Made by a program: the position numbers and the translations under genes
The notes under the pieces: model-generated
Seen by the model: the letters and a program-made list of their open reading frames with translations, nothing else
What the model was told of the DNA's origin: nothing
Databases searched by the model: none
NCBI GenBank assembly: GCA_002269645.1
Contig: NIVC01002144.1
Location: forward strand, 163,022 to 201,206
Reading direction: 5' to 3'
Origin: Macrostomum lignano
Lineage: Eukaryota
DNA: 38,185 bases
Shown: positions 30,824 through 38,185 of the stretch, in pieces
Numbering within the stretch: the first letter of the stretch is position 1
Layout: each line of letters starts with the position of its first letter

Positions 30824-33048
30824 ATCTTGACTATGACACTAACTGGCCATTGACTAAGTCTACCTATCTAGTAGGCAGTCACAAGCATTTTGTCCATTGC
30901 TTTTTCATTTCTTGATAGAAAAATATTTATAACAAAAGAAATTAAATTTAGTTTCATTCATATACTAAAAATAGTCATTTGGTATCAATTATTGCACTTA
31001 ATAAGACAATGATTATTGCACTAGATAGAAAAAATTTTCCACTGAATCCACAGACTGAATCCACAGACAAAAATTATTCCACAGACTAAAAAAAACTATT
31101 GCATTAGCTAAGACATAGATTATTGAATTACCTGAGAAAGTAATTATTGCATTAGCCAAGGAAATAGTTGCACTAGCTTCTAGCTATCTGGTAGATGCTT
31201 GCTATCTAGTAGATACTTGCTATCTGGTAGATACTTGCTATCTAGAGGATGCTTATTATTTGTGGGTTGCTTGCTATTTTATTTAGGGAGAGGGCGCTTC
31301 TTATTGTATTTAGATGGGAGGATGCTTGCTATCAAGATATGCTTGCTGTCTATGTCTAGGGATACTTGCTGTTTGGGGATGCTTGCTATTTGGGGATGCT
31401 TGATATTGGGGAGACATGAGGCTTGCTCTTGGGGATGGGGGATACTTGCTACCTGGGGGCTGTTTGCTATCTGGGTTAATTTCTATCTGGCGGATGCTTG
31501 CTGTCTTGGGGATGTTTTCTATTTAAGGGAAGGCTTGCTATCTTTGTGAAGAAAGAACTTTAGTTGTTCTTTAAAATGTTCTTTTAAATAAAGGGGGCAC
31601 TAGATTGCTATTAATTCTATAGCTTACTTTTCATAATACAATTTGTGAGTTGTGTAAAAATTTATAGTTATATGTTGTTTAATATGTAGTTTTATTTGTC
31701 ATAATATTTTAGAGAAATGGGATAACCCATTGTATAATATTTAAATATTAGGACAAGCGGGTGTTGCATTTTAGGCTACTGGTTTATTATTGCTATGCTT
31801 AGTGGATTTACTGGGTTGAGTTTGTAGGTCACTGCTACTAGGCTCCTGATATTCTCTAATCCTAGTATGTTAGTGAGTAAAAAACTGTAAGGACACCAAT
31901 ATAGTATTTTTAATTCAACACAAACTTTTAAAAGAAAGAAAAGATTTTTTATTATACAAAAGAGTGGCTTGTTACATTATCTAAGTGCTTGGGCAAGACT
32001 CCCAGTTAGAGGCAAGATTCCTCTTTGTGCATTCTAACTCTATTCCCCTATCCCTTTTACCTTTAACTTCCTTAAATTCTAAGTTGAGCTGCGGAATGCA
32101 GCATGGGTGTTCAGACAGGCTTTCTTTTCCTAGGAGCCCAACTGTTCTATATTAGTAGAGAGCCCAAAAATTCGCGGTTTACCCCCATCATAATTACCTT
32201 CGCTGGCCAAAACTACTGACAGTAGTATAAAAGCATATTTGTCCTGTCTAAATTCTGCCCCTAAACTATGCCCTACTACATATCCAATAGGAAGACAATT
32301 TTAATTTTAACCAATCTTCTAGTCCATAAAACTCAATGTCTTTAATTAGATGATTTATTGATTATAATTTATCTGTTAGGCTTATATTTGATAGATGATT
32401 GACAGATAGCCAGGTTAATAAAAATGTAAACAAAAAATTATGGTAAATATTGTTTTTAGATATGCTTATACTTCTAATAAAATTAGTTGCTTGTTATCAC
32501 TAATATTAAAAAAGAGTTTATCTATTGCTATCTCATTCTAATATCATAATGCTAATGTTGTAATAAATATTTTGTGGCAGACAAAAAGAGTAACAGATGA
32601 ACTGACAGACATCAACCATAAGTCTTATATATACCCCATATTGACTAACCACTGACTAATTCGACCCATCTTCACCCAACTGTCAGACTTGGTGCCATAG
32701 AAATTTTATAGCTTTAAAGCTTTTTTAGGAGGAACTCGAGTCTTCTATTGGGTTATAGACTTAACCAATAGACATGTTTGCTACCATATGTATATTGTGT
32801 AGTTCCATATTGGAATAAGTTTGAAAAATCTATAGACAATCTATAGACATGCAACATAGACCACAAAAATAGCCCAAAAGTGCAACAAATTACATAGAAG
32901 CATTAAAATACACTGCATAAAAGCATAACACAAACACTGAAGATGAAATGAAAAATGTTTCGATGAGGGCCTATGTTATTTTAATTCTTAAATTATTTTA
33001 TAATAACTCATTTGCTGAAAAAGCCATAATGTGGCACAGCCCACACGC

Positions 33049-33183
33049 ATGAATCACTCCCCATCATCTGCCCGCTGCCCGCAGGTGGACGCATCGGCAG
33101 AGCCGCCTGAGTGCCTGCCGGCGCTAGTGCTAGCTGATCACAATCGAGTCCCACCTTGGGACCCTGATCCGTTTGGCACTTGA
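33049..33183 (+). promoter_or_regulatory. Candidate polyamine-responsive upstream ORF (44 codons, ...PECL...VPPWDPDPFGT*) 5' of the ODC-like gene
   Basis: ATG 33049 to TGA 33183; PPW at 33151-33159. GC-rich coding-like island in AT-rich DNA, 190 nt upstream of the ODC-like ATG; resembles the PEGL...EPPWEPS* end of the vertebrate AZIN1 uORF. Not present in the supplied ORF track (too short). Confidence 0.75.
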
Positions 33184-33372
33184 ACTCTGGATTGTTGACT
33201 TTTTTCTGTTTTTTTGAGTGTTTCCTCTTAAATATTTTATCGCCTCCATTGTCTGTTGCAATCAATCAGATTTAATTTTTTATACTTGCGCATCATATAC
33301 ATGTCATACTACTAACAAAGACTTAATTTAGATCAGTAGCAAGTTTAGCGTTGTTTTTGTGTTATTTACCTG

Positions 33373-36353
33373 ATGAGAGAATCGCAACTGGAGCATCAGC
33401 AGCCTCAGCAGCAGCACCTGCTCTCAGCCCCAACACCGGCAGTTTGCCCACCAATTGGATGTGCTCTGGCGCCTCACCTGCCCAATCTTGAGCAATGCGA
33501 TCAGCCGGTTGTGGCCTGCGACTTGGCCAGCGCCCAGCGCTGTCTGGCCGACTGGTGCAGCCGGTTTCCTGGCGTGCACGCGTCAACCAGCGCCCAGACT
33601 CTGGGCAGCTGGCCACTGACCCACGTGTTGGCTCTCAGCGGCCGCGTGTCCTTTCGGGCCTACTCTAAGGTGAGGCTGACGGTTAAAATAACCTGTCTTT
33701 GACCTTATTTGCTATAATAATAATAGTAGTAATTGAAGCAATTCAGAGTTAAGTGTCTTGCTCAGGGGCACACAAATATTATTCCGAGTTGACCTGACGT
33801 GTACTTCGCCCACGTTACTTGACCTTAATTGATCAAATTGACCTTTATTGTCCCAATTGACCATAATTGTCCCAATTGACCTTCAATTGTCCTAATTGAC
33901 CTTCAATTGTCCTAATTGACCTTCAATTGTCCCAATTGACCTTCAATTGTCCCAATTGACCTTCAATTGTCCCAATTGACCTTCAATTGTCCCAATTGAC
34001 CTTCAATTGTCCCAATTGACCTTCAATTGTCCCAATTGACCTTCAATTGTCCCAATTGACCTTCAATTGTCCCAATTGACATTCAATTGTCCCAATTGAC
34101 ATTCAATTGTCCCAATTGACCTTCAATTGCCCCAATTAACCTTCAATTGTCCCAATTGACCTTCAATTGTCCCAATTGACCTTGATTGAGCAGTCCGACC
34201 TAAACGCTGCCGTGTCCGCCGGAGTCCCGGGCCACGCCATCCTGCTGGCCAACCCGTGCAAAACTCGCGGCCTGGCCAGGCACGCTCGTCGCCTTGGCGT
34301 CGGCGTCACCGTATTCGACTCGGAGCCGGAGCTGGCCCGCCTAGCCGCGGCTTGGCCGGACGTCGAGCTGCTGCTTCTGCTGGCCGCATCGCCCCGCTGC
34401 CACCGGCTGGGCGCCCGGCCCGAAGAGGCGCCCCGCCTGCTGGCCGCCGCCAGACGCCACGGACTGCGAGTTGCCGGCGTAGCCGTCTGGTTCGGCGACG
34501 ACAACGAATGCGAGGGCGACGACGGCGGCGAGGTCAACTCCGACGTCGACGCCGAGTGGGCTGCTGCCGCGTCGACCGCCTGCGGTACTCTGGCCTTGGC
34601 CAGGCGTCTCGGCCATGCCAATGCCGATGTTGTCGACCTCGGATGTCTGTCCACCGGCGCCTTGGCCGGGCGGGCCCTGCCGGCCTTTGCGAACGCTGTC
34701 GGTGAGACTTTTTATATTTTCCATTATAGTAAGAGAGTTATTTTTATACGTCAAAATTAGAATTCTTATATTATGCTACTGTAGATTTTTTGTAACTACT
34801 CGTATTTTGCCTAACTTTATTAAAACAAATGTTGTTTTGCGGCATAATTTTTTGAGAGTAAAATGAGTGTGATGCTGAATAATGCGATTTTTATGAAATT
34901 ACCAATTAAAATTAACAGGCTATTAATACAAAAAAAGCTGTAAATACTTCGCTTGCTACAGCGTCACAACAATAATACAGGGTATTTCTTTGCAAACATT
35001 TAAGCCTTTAAAACCATTCTTAGAAACGGAGTAATTTTTATAACGTATTTCGAGCGGTTTCTCTCAAAATGCCTGCCTTAAATAGGTATTGGAAACGGTG
35101 ACTGTCAGCCTCGTCTACTCTGCGACCTGACTCCGGCGTTGCTAGCCGAATCCGTTGTCATGGCAACCAGGGTGTTGGCTAAAGCGGCGGCCGAGCAGCC
35201 AGGCTGTGGCGGCTACAGCTACCGGCTCAGCGGCCCGGGCCTCGGCGGCCAACTTTGCGGCCTCTTCAGCCGTGAGTGCGAGGGCGGCGGCTGCAGCGGC
35301 AGCAGAGACGGCGTGCCAAGCCGACTGGCCGACTGCGGCGGCGACCCGTTGAACCTCGTGCTGCCAGAGCTCAGCGTCGGTGACTGGTTGCTATGGCGCG
35401 GCCTGAGGGCCTGTCCGACCGCTGCCAGGCTGATGCACTGGTGAGCCGTGGCTGTTTTTTTAATTCTAAGAGTGGCTTCGAATTCGGCTTTTCTTCCTGG
35501 AAATTTACATGTGCTGTCTTGAACTTTGCTGGAACATTTTTTACTTGGAACTTTAGAATTTCCCTTCGAACTTTGGGAGTTCATTCTTGGGATTTCCCCT
35601 TGAACTTTACAGTTGGCTATTGGGATTTCCCTTCCAACTTTGAAGTTAATTCTTGGGATTTCCCTTCCAACTTTAAAGTTCATTCTTGGATTTCCCTTCC
35701 AACTTTTAAGTTCATTCTTGGATTTCCCTTCCAACTTTAAAGTTCATTCTTGGGATTTCCCTTCCAACTTTTAAGTTCATTCTTGGGATTTCCCTTCCAA
35801 CTTTAAAGTTCATTCTTGGGATTTCCCTTCCAACTTTAAAGTTCGCTCTTGGGATTTCCCTTCCAACTTGAACGTTCATTATTGGGATTTCCCTTCTAAC
35901 TTTAAAGTTCATTCTTGGGATTTCCCTTCCAACTTTAAAGTTCGCTCTTGGGATTTCCCTTCCAACTTGAACGTTCATTATTGGGATTTCCCTTCTAACT
36001 TTAAAGTTCATTCTTGGGATTTCCCTTGAACTTTAAAGTTCGCTCTTGGGATTTCCCTTCCAACTTGAACGTTCATTCTTGGGATTTCCCTTGAACTTTA
36101 AAGTTCGCTCTTGGGATTTCCCTTCCAACTTGAAAGTTCATTATTGGGATATCCCTTCTAACTTTAAAGTTTATTATTTAAATTTAAAATTTCTATATTG
36201 GATTTTTTGGTATTCCCCTATCGATACTGTTAACCTCGCGATGTTCAAATTCTATTTTCAATTTCCTTAATCGTTTGCAGCCTCTTCACCGGCGAGCTGA
36301 TGGAGACAAAGCCCGCAGCCTGTCTGGAAGAGGAGCCGCTGCCGACCGCTTAA
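33373..36353 (+). CDS. Ornithine decarboxylase paralog, predicted catalytically dead (antizyme-inhibitor-like), 4 exons, about 410 aa
   Basis: Exons 33373-33669, 34194-34701, 35086-35440, 36281-36353; GT-AG, phases 0,1,2, open (1233 nt). ODC landmarks: CDL, F..YSK, GV...ILLANPCK, FDSEPEL, VDLG, LPELSVGDWLLW. The start codon is less certain than the internal exons. Confidence 0.88.
33820..34185. repeat. Minisatellite in ODC-like intron 1, 20-bp unit CAATTGTCCCAATTGACCTT
   Basis: About 16 near-perfect copies ending within about 10 nt of the splice acceptor. Confidence 0.96.
35555..36175. repeat. Minisatellite in ODC-like intron 3, 33-bp unit TTCATTCTTGGGATTTCCCTTCCAACTTTAAAG
   Basis: About 18 tandem copies; source of the spurious MNFKVGREIPR ORFs. 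Confidence 0.96.
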
Positions 36354-38185
36354 ATGTTTTGTTGCGAGCGAAGTTAAACAAAATATAAACCCAAGCAACT
36401 CACTTTTTATAATCATGATTGACGAGATAATTTTTCATAATTCGTCCCTCAATATTAATTAACATCGTCTTTGTTTTTTTCATACGCTATATTTTTGTTT
36501 GTTTCACTGTTGTGATTCATTTTCAATCTAATAGATGGTAAGACAAAACAGATAGTTCACAGGCCACGGAAGTTCAGTAAAATATTCAATATTAGTCTAC
36601 TTATAAAGTACTATATTAAAAGATTGACAAGCTTTCTACAGTCTTCAAATGTTTACATATATTTTAATTGTTGTATTAATATAAAATTCTAAAGTTTTTA
36701 ATATAAACGGCGAATATCTTTATGTTGTGCTTGCGTTGCTAAATTTGGCTTTAATTCCGCAAATTTTCCAATAGTTTAATTTTGTCGTTTTTGCTGCGAG
36801 TTACGCGCTAAGCTTAATGAAAAAATGCTTTTTTTATTTTGTTACAATTTTCCTAAAGACTTGCAAAGCAACACGGGTTTTTTGCGTGCATAAAATTATC
36901 GAAATATTTCTGATGACTGATTTATTTAAAAGTTGGTCAGAACGAAAGAAAACAACCGACGTTGCTATGCAAATAGATTTTCTTATGTCTCGAATAATAA
37001 CTTTTATTTTCTGCAACATTGCGCCAGACTGTTATCCTCCACGCAATTCACTATCGTGATAAACTAATCTGTAATATTTTATTTACAATAAGTGTATACG
37101 TAGTGTGAATTATAAAATAAACTAATCCATATTATTAATCGCCCAGCCAACTTATTGGAATGAAAAATATTAATAATTTTAGTCCATCCGCTATACGGGT
37201 GCAATTGCTATATTTAAATAACTTTTGGCCCGAGAAGCGGAGTAAGTGGCGTTAATTCAAAAATTCTTAGGATATGACTTGGTTTATTAATTTTCCAAAC
37301 CACTGCCGTGTTTGTTTACAGTTTAGATACAAATGTGGTACATGTCCAGTGTAAACGTGCAGGCACCTGTATTTTTATCTTTGAAAATTAAATTACGAAT
37401 TTTCTATTAATGATCGGTAAACAATTTGCTGTAACCTGCAGCTGCGAATGCGATTGATTTCGAATTGGAAGCTTTGGATAGTATCTAGGATTAAGGAATA
37501 AAAGTAAAACAGGCGCAATAATATAGTAATAGTATTATAATATATTATTTTACTTTAATGCTACGCTGAAGTACAATATACGGATGCACCTGCTTTCTAT
37601 ATTCTGAATGATTAACTTAGTTTCGTATTTTTGTGCATATTTGGCCTAAAGCTCGCTGTTTATTCAAATATATTAATATATATTATTCACATGCATTGGA
37701 AATTCCAGCAATTATGCAAGACGTTGAGTTATTATACTAATAAAATCTTCGTTCAAACTAGTACCACATGACTTTGGTGGAGAGTAGTAAGGGAGCGGAG
37801 ATGGTGAGGTAGGGCCTTTTCATATTGCTTGTTATGGTTCCAGAACCAGAACAAATTTGTGAAGCATAACTTTTTGTCTCCATAACTAGAGGGAGATACG
37901 TGCTATAAAGTTTTTATTATTGAATGACAATCGCCTAGAAGAAAGTGAAAAATTGTGCTAAGTGAGGTTGTTAAGGCAGTCAAAAATTCAACAGAATTAA
38001 ATATTTGCTGTTTTTCTTGGAAGATCCGAACCGATTCTGATTCTGGAATTGGTAATATGAAAAGCCTCGTAGTTGGTGGAGAGTGTGGGAGCGGATAGCG
38101 GAGTGGTGAAAATGAAGACGGCTGAAAGTTATAACAAACTAATATGTAAACCCGTTTGCTTACGTTTAAATGCTAAACCTTATTT

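Larger units (their letters stand above)
28203..31610. mobile_element. Foldback-type element, about 3.4 kb, with modular tandem-repeat arms
   Basis: Termini TAGCAATCTAGTG..CCCCCTTT are inverted. Left arm carries AGATAGCAAGCAT modules (28440-29130) then GCTAGTGCAATAAT modules (29130-29380); right arm carries the same modules reversed and in mirror order (30990-31180, 31190-31550). No TSD recognised. Confidence 0.7.

Noticed and set aside
33008-33265. 85-aa minus-strand ORF from the track
   Set aside because: No recognisable motif; it is the antisense shadow of the plus-strand PPW uORF.
34163-34754. Overlapping alternative-frame and antisense ORFs in ODC-like exon 2
   Set aside because: Expected by-product of very high GC content; only one frame matches the ODC family.
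37776-38115. Two similar segments GGTGGAGAGT..GGGAGCGGA about 300 bp apart
   Set aside because: Short, diverged similarity with no convincing ORF, splice structure or termini within the window.
1-38185. tRNA, rRNA or other structured RNA genes
   Set aside because: None recognised by eye; a covariance-model search would be needed to exclude them.

Overview
Eukaryotic (animal) genomic DNA. GC/Ala-rich exons, minisatellite-filled introns and the tetraspanin type suggest a free-living flatworm such as Macrostomum, but this is inference only. From left to right: (1) the 5' part of a decayed Ty3/Gypsy LTR retrotransposon (minus strand, LTR 1653-1830); (2) two head-to-head, six-exon tetraspanin paralogs (Tsp-A minus 3863-8407; Tsp-B plus 10241-24927), many of whose introns carry their own minisatellite; (3) a 10.6-kb CACTA/EnSpm DNA transposon (14290-24847) inserted exactly at the AG of the last splice acceptor of Tsp-B. 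It encodes an intact 798-aa transposase and a spliced 390-aa accessory protein, and carries a mariner and a second DNA element nested in one intron; (4) a graveyard of MITEs and a foldback-type element (25.0-31.6 kb); (5) a four-exon ornithine decarboxylase paralog (33373-36353) that lacks the PLP-binding lysine and other catalytic residues. It is preceded by a 44-codon upstream ORF ending in PPWDP, which resembles the polyamine-sensing uORF of antizyme inhibitor (AZIN1) mRNAs. Gene models were assembled by eye from GT-AG boundaries, phase continuity and family motifs; no database search was run. Most long ORFs in the supplied track between 3-10 kb, 28-29 kb and 35.7-36.3 kb are artefacts of tandem repeats.
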